A stretch of DNA of 64,000 bases from contig JACRCW010000161.1 in the NCBI GenBank assembly GCA_016218805.1, forward strand, positions 1 to 64,000. Direction: 5' to 3'. Source of the stretch: Deltaproteobacteria bacterium. Its GTDB lineage: Bacteria > Myxococcota > JACRCW01. Made by a program: the position numbers and the translations under genes. The notes under the pieces were generated by a model. The model was not told the DNA's origin. It did no database searches and saw only the letters and a list, made by a program, of their open reading frames with translations. Below are positions 9,288 through 18,542 of the stretch, piece after piece (position 1 is the first letter of the stretch; each line of letters begins with the position of its first letter).

Positions 9288-9500
9288 TCACTGGAATTCG
9301 CAGCCGGTCTTGCACGCCCCGACGTTGAAGTTGCAGCTGTCCGCGCAGCCGCCCTTCTTCTTCTTGCACTTGGCCAGGCACTTCTTCTTGCGCGCCTCAC
9401 ACGCGTTGCGGCACGCCACCACCTTCTTGCGCGGCGCCGCCTCTGCCAGTGACGACGTCAACAGGCCCACTGCCAGCAACCCCGCCACCGCCACGCGCAT
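9288..9500 (-). CDS. Small secreted cationic cysteine-rich protein
   Basis: GGAGG RBS; signal peptide ending AEA-A; 8 Cys in four CxxxC units; strong codon bias. Confidence 0.8.
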   Translation of the reverse strand: MRVAVAGLLAVGLLTSSLAEAAPRKKVVACRNACEARKKKCLAKCKKKKGGCADSCNFNVGACKTGCEFQ

Positions 9501-9571
9501 GCTGTCACCTCCGCGCGGCTGCATAGCACGCGCGCTTGCGGCGGCGGCGCGCGCACGGGATGGTCCGGCGC

Positions 9572-10006
9572 ATGCCGGCTGCCGGTGACACCCTCGTCGT
9601 GGGCCACGTGCGCATCCCCGCGCACGAGCTGCACTTCAGCTACGCGCGCTCCTCAGCGCCCGGCGGGCAGAACGTGAACAAGGTCAACAGCAAGGCGATC
9701 CTGCACTTCAACGCGGTGGCCTCGCCGTCACTGCCGGCTGACGTCAAAGCGCGCTTCCTGGCGCGCTACGGCGCCCGCCTCACGGTGGAGGGTGAGGTTG
9801 TCATTGCCGCGGACACGCACCGTGATCAGCCACGCAACGCGGAAGCGTGCCTGGAGCGCCTGGCCGCGCTCATAGACGCGGTGCTCAAGCCGCCGCGGCC
9901 ACGCCGCCCCACGCGCCCCACGCGCGGCTCCGTGGAGCGGCGCCTGCGTGAGAAGAAGTCCCGGGCAACCAGGAAGGACCAGCGCCGCGGCTCCGGCTGG
10001 GACTGA
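9572..10006 (+). CDS. arfB: Alternative ribosome rescue peptidyl-tRNA hydrolase
   Basis: RSSAPGGQNVNKVNSK (GGQ motif); basic C-terminal tail RRPTRPTRGS..RRL.EKK. Confidence 0.93.
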   Translation: MPAAGDTLVVGHVRIPAHELHFSYARSSAPGGQNVNKVNSKAILHFNAVASPSLPADVKARFLARYGARLTVEGEVVIAADTHRDQPRNAEACLERLAALIDAVLKPPRPRRPTRPTRGSVERRLREKKSRATRKDQRRGSGWD

Positions 10007-10066
10007 TCTGCCCGCAGATCGCCCGGCGGCGCGGTTTTGTCATTTAGAAACATTGGATTGACGGAG

Positions 10067-10091
10067 TTTGTGCAAGTTGCGCTTGCACAAA
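10067..10091. promoter_or_regulatory. Palindromic operator-like site
   Basis: TTTGTGCAAG-ttgcg-CTTGCACAAA perfect 10-bp inverted repeat, just after TTGACG at 10058-10063. Confidence 0.6.
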
Positions 10092-10200
10092 AACTTGGCT
10101 CCACCCGGAGCCTCCCATAGCGTGCGGGGCACAACCTCCCACATCGGTGACGCCCGGAGCCAACGGGTGCCAGCCGGAAAGAAGGACGGAGTCCACGCCC

Positions 10201-10398
10201 ATGAAGCACATTGAGAAGCGCAAGCAGAGCCTGTACTTCCCCGTCGAAATGCTCGACGAGATGCAGCGGGAGGCGGAGCGCCTGGAGCGCCCGGTCTCGT
10301 GGGTCATCCAGCAGGCATGGAAGCTTTCCAAGGACATCATCAGCGGCTATCCGGGCACCAGTGACCTTCCCTCGGTGCTCCCCACGCCCTCCATGTGA
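10201..10398 (+). CDS. TIGR04563 (MXAN_4361/4362-type) small protein, ribbon-helix-helix-like
   Basis: KRKQSLYFP.EML.E...EA.RL.R..SW.IQ.AWK signature. Confidence 0.85.
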   Translation: MKHIEKRKQSLYFPVEMLDEMQREAERLERPVSWVIQQAWKLSKDIISGYPGTSDLPSVLPTPSM

Positions 10399-10447
10399 CA
10401 CCGCGTCCACGGCGAGGGCGCCCACCCCCGCGCCCGCCGCCTGACGC

Positions 10448-11635
10448 ATGCTCCCCGCCTCCACCACCGCCGCGCCGGGCGTTGTCACGGTCCACCGCCG
10501 CGGCGTGGAGCGGCTGCAGCGCGGGGCGCCGTGGGTGTTCCGCGGGGACGTGCTGCAGGCCCCCGCGGCGGACGGTGACGTGGTGGAAATGCGGGACGGA
10601 CGGGGCAAACCGGTGGGCGTGGCGCTGTGGGCGGAGCGCGGTCCGTTGGCGTTGCGCCGCTGGGGTCCGCCCGGCAGCCGCGCTGACAACGAGACCCTGT
10701 GCGCGCGCCTGGACGCCGCCATGGCACTGCGGGAACGCGCGCTGCCGGGGGTGACCGCGGTGCGCCTGGTCCACGGCGAGGCGGACGCGCTGCCGGGGCT
10801 CTTTGTGGACCGCTACGGCGACGCGCTGTGCGTCCAGACCGCGTGCGCGGCCATGGAACGCCGTCTCCCCGCCGTGGTGGCGCGCCTGCGGGCGGCGTGT
10901 GCGCCCGCGCTGGTGGTGCGCCGTGATGACGGCAGCGCGCGCGACCTGGAACAGCTGCCGCGCGTGAAGGAAATCCTCCACGGCGGCCCGGGTACCGCGG
11001 CGCGCTACCGGGTGGGCGCACTCACGCTGGAAGCGGACCTGCTGCACGGTCCCAAGACGGGTGCGTACCTGGACCAGCGTGACAATCACCTGCTGGCGGG
11101 CCGCGTGGCGCGCGGCCGGTGCCTGGACGCGTTCAGTGCGCTCGGGGGATTCGGGCTGCAGATGGCGGCGCGCGCGCAGGCGGTGATCTGCCTGGAACAG
11201 GAGCCCCAGAGCGTGGACGCCATCCGGCGCAACGCCGCGGTCAACGGGCTGTTGGACCGCGTGGATGCGCGTGCGGCCAATGCGTTTGATGCGCTGCGGG
11301 CGCTGCATGACGCCCGCGAACGGTTTGACACCGTGGTGGTGGACCCGCCCGCGCTGGCCAAGCGCGCGGGGCCGCCGGAGGGCGCGCTGCGCGGCTACTT
11401 TGAACTCAACCGCCGCGCCATCCAGCTGTGCCGCCCGGGGGCGTTCCTGCTGAGCTTCTCCTGCAGCGGGCGGGTGACGGTGGACCTGCTGGAGGACGTG
11501 GTGCTGCAGGCCGCGCGCGCCACGCGCCGCTTCCCGCGGCTGCTGGCCCGGCTGGCCGCGGGGCCGGATCACCCGGGGCGGTCCGGCCTGCCGGAGGCCG
11601 AATACCTCAAGGGCGTCCTGCTGCAGGTCCCCTGA
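10448..11635 (+). CDS. Class I SAM-dependent rRNA methyltransferase (RlmI-like)
   Basis: PUA-like N-terminus (GAPWVF), GEADALPGLFVDRY, KTGAYLDQRDN, VVVDPP, FSCS, EAEYLKG. Confidence 0.9.
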   Translation: MLPASTTAAPGVVTVHRRGVERLQRGAPWVFRGDVLQAPAADGDVVEMRDGRGKPVGVALWAERGPLALRRWGPPGSRADNETLCARLDAAMALRERALPGVTAVRLVHGEADALPGLFVDRYGDALCVQTACAAMERRLPAVVARLRAACAPALVVRRDDGSARDLEQLPRVKEILHGGPGTAARYRVGALTLEADLLHGPKTGAYLDQRDNHLLAGRVARGRCLDAFSALGGFGLQMAARAQAVICLEQEPQSVDAIRRNAAVNGLLDRVDARAANAFDALRALHDARERFDTVVVDPPALAKRAGPPEGALRGYFELNRRAIQLCRPGAFLLSFSCSGRVTVDLLEDVVLQAARATRRFPRLLARLAAGPDHPGRSGLPEAEYLKGVLLQVP

Positions 11636-12409
11636 TCACCCGCCGATGATCTCCGTACCCGCGGCAAACGCGACGCCCACCAGCAGCACCACCAGCCGCC
11701 GGCCCGCACCGCGGCGCCGGTCCATCAACGGCAACAGGTTGTGCGAGGCGACGTACAGGAACACGCCCGCGGCCACCGCCGCCAGCGCCTGCGTGGGGAC
11801 GTGCGCGCGCTCCGCCACCACCACACCCAGCACGGGCGTCAAGGACGCGCCGATCATGATGGGCCAGAAGGAGCGCACGCCGCCGCCCAGTTTCAGCAGC
11901 GCCGCACAGGAGACCGCCAGCGGCAGGTGGTGGACCAGCAGCGCCGCCGTGGTGGTCCACAAGCCGCCGGAGGCGCTGGATGCGTGCACCGCCACGCCGT
12001 CAATGACGCCGTGGAGCGAGAAACCCAGCACGGCGCTCACCGCCAGGTGCCGCTCGTGTGCGTCCACGCCCACGTGGTGCATGTGCGGCTGGTCGTCGTG
12101 TTCGTGGCCATGCGTGTGGTCGTGCGGGGGCTCCGGTGCGCCGTCTTCCGGCGTGATGCGCTGGATGAGCGCCTCCAGCAGCAGCACGCCCAGGAACCCG
12201 GCCAGTACGCCGTAGCCCAGGTGGCTCCCCAGCGGCGCCGCACCGGGCAGCATGTGGAGCGCGGCCGTGCCAATGAGCAGGCCCGCGCTCAGCGTCAGCA
12301 GCCCGTCCCGGTGGCGTTCCCACACGCCGGAGATGCCGGGTGCCAGCGCGCCCACCAGCGCGCCCACCGCCAGCAGACCCGCTCCCGCCAGGCATTGCGT
12401 TCCGTGCAT
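11636..12409 (-). CDS. ZIP-family metal transporter
   Basis: Multiple TM helices, LHMLP, His-rich loop (HDHTHGHEH), LHGVIDG, HHLP, AGVFLYVA. Confidence 0.85.
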   Translation of the reverse strand: MHGTQCLAGAGLLAVGALVGALAPGISGVWERHRDGLLTLSAGLLIGTAALHMLPGAAPLGSHLGYGVLAGFLGVLLLEALIQRITPEDGAPEPPHDHTHGHEHDDQPHMHHVGVDAHERHLAVSAVLGFSLHGVIDGVAVHASSASGGLWTTTAALLVHHLPLAVSCAALLKLGGGVRSFWPIMIGASLTPVLGVVVAERAHVPTQALAAVAAGVFLYVASHNLLPLMDRRRGAGRRLVVLLVGVAFAAGTEIIGG

Positions 12410-12443
12410 GTGCCTTCCGCCGCCGTGCGGCGAACCCCGCCGT

Positions 12444-13208
12444 TCAGCTCTCCACCACCTTGACGAGCACGGCGGTGATGTTGTCCGGCCCGCCGTTCTC
12501 GTTGGCGCGCGCAATGAGCGCGTTGGCCGCTTCCACAATGTCCGGGTGCGCGCCCAGGATCTCCGTGATCTCCGCGTCCGGCACCGGGCCGCTGAGCCCG
12601 TCCGAGCACAGCACGTAGACGTCATTGGCCATGGGCTCCAGGCGGCTCACGTCCACCTGCACGCCCTCCTTCATCCCCAGCGCGCGGACAATGACGTTCT
12701 TGTGCGGGAACGCCTCAATCTCCTCCGGCGTGAGCTTGTTGGCGCGGATGTAGTCATTGAGCAGCGAGTGGTCCTCCGTCAGCTGCTCCAGCACGCCGCC
12801 GCGGAAGCGGTACGCGCGGCTGTCACCCACATGCCCGATGTACACCGTCCCGTCGGTGAACAGGCTCCCCACCACGGTGGTGCCCATGCCGCGGAAGCGC
12901 GAGTCCGAGGTGGAACTCTCAAAGATGCGCAGGTTGGCCAGCTTGATGGCCGTGACCAGGCGGTTCTCCTCGTAGCGCAGGCCCTTCTCTTCCTTGAAGG
13001 GCCAAGTCACCTCGTCGTTCTCGCTGGTCTCCTTGAAGAACTTGGCCAGGTTCTCCACCGCCATCTGGCTGGCCACTTCCCCGCAGGCATGCCCACCCAT
13101 GCCGTCCGCCACCACGTACAGACACTGGTCCTCCACCAGGAGGTAGTTGTCCTCGTTGTGGTTCCGCTTCATGCCGACATCCGTCCGGCCGACGGCGAAG
13201 ACTTTCAT
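12444..13208 (-). CDS. PP2C-type Ser/Thr phosphatase (Stp1/IreP family)
   Basis: RNHNED, VADGMGGH, GMGTT, HVGDSRAY, LCSDGL, GPDNIT. Confidence 0.95.
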   Translation of the reverse strand: MKVFAVGRTDVGMKRNHNEDNYLLVEDQCLYVVADGMGGHACGEVASQMAVENLAKFFKETSENDEVTWPFKEEKGLRYEENRLVTAIKLANLRIFESSTSDSRFRGMGTTVVGSLFTDGTVYIGHVGDSRAYRFRGGVLEQLTEDHSLLNDYIRANKLTPEEIEAFPHKNVIVRALGMKEGVQVDVSRLEPMANDVYVLCSDGLSGPVPDAEITEILGAHPDIVEAANALIARANENGGPDNITAVLVKVVES

Positions 13209-13336
13209 GGCACTCCGGTGACACCCAACGTCCGGCCCCGCGGGGCCGCGAGTCCTTCAGAGAACGCCGGGATATCAAGCAGGGCCCGTCGCCTGTCAAT
13301 CTTGCACCGACCCGTCGGGTGGACGGTGTGGAAAAG

Positions 13337-13396
13337 TTGACCGCACGCCGGAACCCGGCCTTGACCGCACGGGGGTGACCTGCGCTATTGTTCAGT
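13337..13396 (+). promoter_or_regulatory. lexA promoter region with candidate LexA box and an 11-bp direct repeat
   Basis: TTGACCGCACG at 13337 and 13361; CTGCGCTATTGTTCAG at 13380-13395 partly matches the Myxococcus-type LexA box (CTR..GTTCAG) and overlaps a TATTGT -10-like hexamer. Confidence 0.55.
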
Positions 13397-13432
13397 CCTG
13401 TAATCCCGTTCTGTACTGCACGGAGGTTGCCC

Positions 13433-14101
13433 ATGCCGTTGGACCCCCTGACAGACCGCCAGCAGGAGATCCTGGATTTCATCCAGCATGAAACGATGAA
13501 GAACGGCTACGCGCCCACCATCCGTGAGATTGGCGAGCGGCTGGGCATCCGCTCCACCAACGGGGTGAATGACCATCTCAAAGCGCTGGAGCGCAAGGGC
13601 TACATCCGGCGGGACAAGGACAAGAGCCGCACGCTGCGCCTGACGCGCCACCCGGCGTCCACGCCGCCCGGTGCGGACGGTGCCATCCGGGCGCTCACGC
13701 CGCCTTCGCCGCTGCTGTCCATCCCCATCCTGGGGCGCGTGGCCGCCGGTGAGCCCATCCTGGCCGAAGAGCAGGCGCTGGGGCGCGTGCAGGTGGACAG
13801 CTTCTTTGTGGGCACCACCAAGAAGGTGTTTGCGCTCAAGGTGGTGGGTGACTCCATGATTGAGGACGGGATTCATGACGGTGACTACCTGTTCGTCAAG
13901 AAGCAGGCGCACGCCAACAAGGGTGAAATCGTCATTGCCATGATTGAGGGCGAAGCCACCTGCAAGCGCTTCTTCCCGGAGGGTGACCGGGTGCGGTTCC
14001 AGCCGGCCAACGCGCGGCTCAAGCCCATCTACGTGAGCCGTGACCAGTTCCGGGAGACGCAGATCCTGGGCGTGGTGTGCGGCGTCTACCGCCAGGTGTG
14101 A
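13433..14101 (+). CDS. lexA: SOS repressor LexA
   Basis: GGAGG RBS; LTDRQQEIL, PTIREIG, VAAGEP cleavage site, GDSM Ser, TCKR Lys. Confidence 0.97.
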   Translation: MPLDPLTDRQQEILDFIQHETMKNGYAPTIREIGERLGIRSTNGVNDHLKALERKGYIRRDKDKSRTLRLTRHPASTPPGADGAIRALTPPSPLLSIPILGRVAAGEPILAEEQALGRVQVDSFFVGTTKKVFALKVVGDSMIEDGIHDGDYLFVKKQAHANKGEIVIAMIEGEATCKRFFPEGDRVRFQPANARLKPIYVSRDQFRETQILGVVCGVYRQV

Positions 14102-14106
14102 CCCCT

Positions 14107-14646
14107 TCAGCTCCGCCGGCGGCGCGCCGGCGCGGGGCCCGGGGGGGCGTGCTCCTCAAAGAACATGGGCGGCGCGTCTTCGGCCAGGTCCGCCTTTTCC
14201 AGCCATTCCTGCAGGCCCACCGCCAGCGCCTGCCGGCGCTCCGTGGGCAGCGTGCCCAGCGCAGTGATGAGCTGGACCTGCAGGGGCGAAGGTTCCCGGG
14301 CAACCACGGAGCGGCCGCGGGGCGTGATGGACACCTCCACGCGGCGCCGGTCTTCCTCTGCGGGGCGGGTGGTGCACAGGCCGCGCTCCTTGAGGCGGGA
14401 CACCACCACCGACACGGACGACTGGTGCGTGCGGGTGGCGGCGGCCAGTTCGTTGATGGACAGGCTCTGCCCGGTGGCCAGCTGCTGCAGCACAAACAGC
14501 TGCGCCCCGCTGATCCCGTGGCGCGCTTCCGTGGCGTGGCTGAAGGCGCGGATGCGGCTGAACAGGACGCGGACGGCGTCCATGATCACGCGGGCATCCT
14601 GGTCACTGTCGGTGGCGCGGCGGGTCTTCCGGGAGGGGGTGGCCAT
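14107..14646 (-). CDS. MarR-family transcriptional regulator
   Basis: GISGAQLFVL, SINELA, QSSVSVVVSRL..GL, EDRRRVEVSITPRG. Confidence 0.9.
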   Translation of the reverse strand: MATPSRKTRRATDSDQDARVIMDAVRVLFSRIRAFSHATEARHGISGAQLFVLQQLATGQSLSINELAAATRTHQSSVSVVVSRLKERGLCTTRPAEEDRRRVEVSITPRGRSVVAREPSPLQVQLITALGTLPTERRQALAVGLQEWLEKADLAEDAPPMFFEEHAPPGPAPARRRRS

Positions 14647-14663
14647 GGACGTGTCCGGGCGTC

Positions 14664-16325
14664 TCAAGGGCCCGTCTCCTGGGTGACGTGGAAGAGGTCC
14701 CGTACCGCGGCCTCGCGGATCAGCGCCAGCGGTTTGACGTGGTCCCCGGCGTGGCCTTGCCGCGCGCGTTCCGCCTGGACCTGCGCAAACCCGCCGGGTG
14801 CCACGCGGGACACCGTGAGTGCGGCGGCGCGTCCCCCTTCCAGCGCGCGGCGGTAGCCGGGATTGGACGCGCGCAGCGCGCCATCCAGCGCGCGCGCCAG
14901 CTCCGCGTCTGACGGCCCGCCTTCCGCGGCGCGCTCAACCAGAAAGGTGTAGCGCTTGACGCCCGCGGGCCCGCGCAGCGGTGACAGCGCCAGCGCCCAG
15001 CGCCCCAGCGGCCGCCCCAGGCTGCCCTGCACGTGCTCCACGGCAGCGCGCGCGTGGATCTCCGTGGTGGCGTCCCGGTGCACGTTGAGCGCGCCGCCCA
15101 GCTTGTGCAGGTAGCGGATGCGCGGGGCCCGGCCGCGGAAGCCCTCCACCGCCACCACGTCGTCCATGCGGTAGCGCGCCAGGCCCGTGGCGTTGGTCAC
15201 CACCATCGTGTAGCGGCCGCCGTCCTGCAGCTCGTGCGCCAGCACCGGCGCCCCGCGCGCCTCGCCGTTGTCGTCCACGGGGATGAACTCGTAGAAATCG
15301 TGCAGCACGTTGAGCACGCCGGGCGCGTCGCCGTCCTCCAGCGGCAGGGAGAACCAGCCTTCGCTGGCGGCGTACATGAAGCCGCGCACCGGCGCGCCGG
15401 GGATGGCGGCAGTGACCTCCGGGAGGAACGCGGCGCCGCCGCCGTGGGTCCAGCAGGACAGCAGCCGCAGGTCCGGCCAGGCGGCGCGCGGCGTCAGGCC
15501 GCCGGCGGACTGGGCGCGCTGCGCAATGCGGGCCGCGGCGTCCGGGTGCGGCCGCAGCCAGGGCGCCAGCGCACGGCGGATTTCAGAGGGCACCTCCACG
15601 CCCAGCGTGCCGTCCCTCAGATCCCGCAGCAGGTCATCCGCACGGGTGCGCAGGACTTCAATCACCTGGTGCAGCACGTGACTGGAGATGGCAAACAGCC
15701 AGCGCACCGGCCGCGCCAGCGCCACGCGCGCCACCACGTACGCGCGCGTTCCCGGATCGCGCACCTCAAACGCCTCCCACGGCGCGCCGTACCGCCGCTG
15801 CACCACCGTCGGCACGCGCCGGAACGTGTAGCCGCTCATGTTGCCAATGGGTGTGCCGTCGGTGGCCAGGTCCACGCGCGCCGGCGCCACAAAGTGGATC
15901 ACCTCGCCGTCAAGTACTGACGCGTGGTCCCGCCAGGTGGCGTCAAACCAGACGGACATGCCCGCCAGCAGCTCCTCCATGCGCTGATCGGTGATGGGGA
16001 ACACCTTGCGCCAGCCCGTGGTCCCCGCCGTGGCGCTCCAGAAGCGCACCGGCGCGGGGACCAGCACGTTGCGTTCACCGTGCAGCATCCGGTCAATGCG
16101 TGACGAGAAAAAATCATACCCCTCCATGGTCACGCGCTGCAGGAAGTCATCCACGCTGCGCACGGACGCATACCCGTGCTCACGGCCAAACTCCGTGTTC
16201 CGGTGCTGCTTCACCAGGCGCAGCAGGGTCCGCTCCTGCGCGGCGGCCAGGTCCCGGCACGCGGAGTCCAGCGCCGCCTTGACGCCCCATTGCGACAGGC
16301 GCCACATCGTGACGCGCGGGTCCAT
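14664..16325 (-). CDS. GH3 family acyl-adenylate/amido synthetase-like protein
   Basis: TEFGREHG, ATAGTTG, YAASEG, FYEFIP, GLARYRMDDVV motifs. Confidence 0.88.
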   Translation of the reverse strand: MDPRVTMWRLSQWGVKAALDSACRDLAAAQERTLLRLVKQHRNTEFGREHGYASVRSVDDFLQRVTMEGYDFFSSRIDRMLHGERNVLVPAPVRFWSATAGTTGWRKVFPITDQRMEELLAGMSVWFDATWRDHASVLDGEVIHFVAPARVDLATDGTPIGNMSGYTFRRVPTVVQRRYGAPWEAFEVRDPGTRAYVVARVALARPVRWLFAISSHVLHQVIEVLRTRADDLLRDLRDGTLGVEVPSEIRRALAPWLRPHPDAAARIAQRAQSAGGLTPRAAWPDLRLLSCWTHGGGAAFLPEVTAAIPGAPVRGFMYAASEGWFSLPLEDGDAPGVLNVLHDFYEFIPVDDNGEARGAPVLAHELQDGGRYTMVVTNATGLARYRMDDVVAVEGFRGRAPRIRYLHKLGGALNVHRDATTEIHARAAVEHVQGSLGRPLGRWALALSPLRGPAGVKRYTFLVERAAEGGPSDAELARALDGALRASNPGYRRALEGGRAAALTVSRVAPGGFAQVQAERARQGHAGDHVKPLALIREAAVRDLFHVTQETGP

Positions 16326-16421
16326 GCCGGCCTCTCCGGGGCGCCTGGAAACGCGACGCCACGTCGGGCGTCTATCAGACGCGCCGGGTGGCGGGCAGCC
16401 CGGCTGAACGGAGGCAGAACC

Positions 16422-17438
16422 ATGAGCGCAGTCCCGAGCACCTTCCTGATGCTGGTGGGCATGGCGGCGCAGGCGCCGGGCGTGGAGGTGGGCCTCCGGG
16501 GCGTGGTGCCCGTGGGGCAGAAGCCCGCGGTGGTGGTGCGTGCACAGCAGCCGGTGGTCAACGCGTGGGTGGTGCTCAAGCGGTCAGACGGCCGCGAGGT
16601 GAAGCTGCAGACGGGCCGGCTCAAGCCCGGCCAGGAGAAGGCGCTGACCATGGACCAGCCGGAAGGCGTGTTCCATTACGAGGGCACGCTGTCCGCGCGC
16701 TATGCGGGCGCGGAGGAGGAGCAGTCCATGCCGCTGTCCTTTGACGGCGTGGTGCTGCCGCCGCCGGTGCTCTCCGTGGCGCCGGAGGATGTGCACCTGG
16801 AGGATCACCGCGCGGAGGTCACCCTCAGCCGGCCCGCGCGCCGGGTGACCTTCACCGTCTGGGGTGATGACGGCACCGTGGTGGACCGCGGTGACGCCAG
16901 CTACAAGGACGCACCCGCCGGCGAAAAGCTCCCCGTGGTGTGGCAGGTCACCGACGCCAAGGTGCTGCGCATTGACATCATCGGGCATGACCAGCACGGC
17001 TACTTCAGCCCCACGCTCAGCCTGTTCCCCTGGTCCCTGGAGATCCCGCACGAGGACGTGAACTTCCCCACGGGCCAGTCCGTGATTCCTCCCGCGGAGT
17101 TGCCCAAGGTGCAGGCGGCCGTGGGCGAGATCCAGCAGGCGTGCCGGCGCTACGGGAAGGTGGTGAAGATCCGTCTGTTTGTGGCGGGGCACACCGACAC
17201 GGTGGGCAGCCCGGAGAGCAACCGCACGCTCAGCGAAGCGCGCGCGCAGTCCATTGCGCGTGCATTCCGCAAGGGCGGCATCAGCGTGCCCATCCTCTAT
17301 CGCGGCTTTGGGGAGGACAGCCCGCTGGTGGTGACGCCGGATGACACCGACGAGCCGCGCAACCGGCGCGCCGCGTACATCCTGTCGGTGGAGGAGCCGG
17401 CGGTGACGGGCGGCACGGGGCCGTGGCGGCCGCTGTGA
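16422..17438 (+). CDS. OmpA-family peptidoglycan-binding protein
   Basis: C-terminal VAGHTDTVG..SN..LSEARA...GFGE...NRRA; GGAGG RBS. Confidence 0.88.
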   Translation: MSAVPSTFLMLVGMAAQAPGVEVGLRGVVPVGQKPAVVVRAQQPVVNAWVVLKRSDGREVKLQTGRLKPGQEKALTMDQPEGVFHYEGTLSARYAGAEEEQSMPLSFDGVVLPPPVLSVAPEDVHLEDHRAEVTLSRPARRVTFTVWGDDGTVVDRGDASYKDAPAGEKLPVVWQVTDAKVLRIDIIGHDQHGYFSPTLSLFPWSLEIPHEDVNFPTGQSVIPPAELPKVQAAVGEIQQACRRYGKVVKIRLFVAGHTDTVGSPESNRTLSEARAQSIARAFRKGGISVPILYRGFGEDSPLVVTPDDTDEPRNRRAAYILSVEEPAVTGGTGPWRPL

Positions 17439-17441
17439 GGT

Positions 17442-18446
17442 TCACGTCGTCGGCAGGGTGACGCGGCCCTGGCGGTAGTCCAGCCAGAAGAAGTCCTTGA
17501 GGAAGTCGGCCAGCAGGGCGCGTTCATTGCTGCGCGCAAAGGCCAGCTCATCCAGCGCGGCCAGGAACCGGGCGGCGGTGGGGAAGCGGTTGCGCGGTTT
17601 GCGCTCCAGCGCGGTGAGGAGGATCTTCTCCAGGTCCCGCGGGAACGCCGGGTCCACCTTGGTGGGCCGCGCCACGCGGCCGTCCAGCAGGCGCTCCAGG
17701 ACCGCCTCGTCGGGCTCGCCCGCGGCGCGCGGAAAGGCCGGCTGGCCCACGCACAGCTCGTAGAGGATGCAACCCACCGCAAACAGGTCCGTCCGCCCGT
17801 CCAGCGGCTGGCGCAGCACCTGCTCCGGGGCCAGGTAGCCCAGCTTGCCCACCGCGGGCTCTTCGCCCTGCAGCTCAATGCCGTTGAGCAGCGCCACCCC
17901 AAAGTCCGTCAGCGCCACGCTCCCGTCATACCCAAGCAGCACGTTCTCCGGCGTCACGTCCCGGTGCACCACGTTGAGCATCTGGCCGGCCGGGCTGCGC
18001 AGCTGGTGGACGTGGTCCAACCCGCGCAGCAGTTCCATGACAATGTAGACCCCGTGCGCCGTGTCCAGCACGTGGAAGCGTTCGCGCAGCTCCCGCAGCA
18101 CCGCGCCCAGGTCCCGCCCGTCCACGTAGTCAATGGTCACGTACGGCTGGCCGTCCAGCAGGCCCACCTCGTGACCGCCGGCCACGTTGGGGTGGTGCAG
18201 CATCTGCAGCAGGTCCGCCTCCGCGTGGAAGCGCTCTGAGAAGAACGGGTTTTGCGCGGCCTCCTGGCGCATCTTCTTGACCACCACCAGGTCCGGGGCG
18301 GCGCCGGGGCGGCGGCGGATGGCGCGGAACACTTCAGCCACGCCGCCCACGCCCAGCCGGTCCAGAATCTCCAGCGAAGACCCCTTGGAGGCCACGGCTG
18401 CGAGGGCCGCCGGGGTGCGGCGCGGGGGTTGCTGCCCGGGGTTCAT
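17442..18446 (-). CDS. Eukaryotic-like Ser/Thr protein kinase
   Basis: LGVGGVAEVF, VVKK, HRDVTPEN, TDFG, GKLGYLAPEQ, DLFAVG; start chosen at MNPGQQ. Confidence 0.92.
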   Translation of the reverse strand: MNPGQQPPRRTPAALAAVASKGSSLEILDRLGVGGVAEVFRAIRRRPGAAPDLVVVKKMRQEAAQNPFFSERFHAEADLLQMLHHPNVAGGHEVGLLDGQPYVTIDYVDGRDLGAVLRELRERFHVLDTAHGVYIVMELLRGLDHVHQLRSPAGQMLNVVHRDVTPENVLLGYDGSVALTDFGVALLNGIELQGEEPAVGKLGYLAPEQVLRQPLDGRTDLFAVGCILYELCVGQPAFPRAAGEPDEAVLERLLDGRVARPTKVDPAFPRDLEKILLTALERKPRNRFPTAARFLAALDELAFARSNERALLADFLKDFFWLDYRQGRVTLPTT

Positions 18447-18542
18447 GTGAGGCCCGCACTGGACCACACGACGCACGCGCGGCGCAACGCGATCCTGCGG
18501 GAAGCTGGCGACCAGTCCCGTCCCCGGGGTAGCTTTCGGCGC

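Noticed and set aside
9288..9500. RiPP (ranthipeptide/sactipeptide) precursor
   Set aside because: Has a Sec signal peptide and no radical SAM or other modifying enzyme nearby
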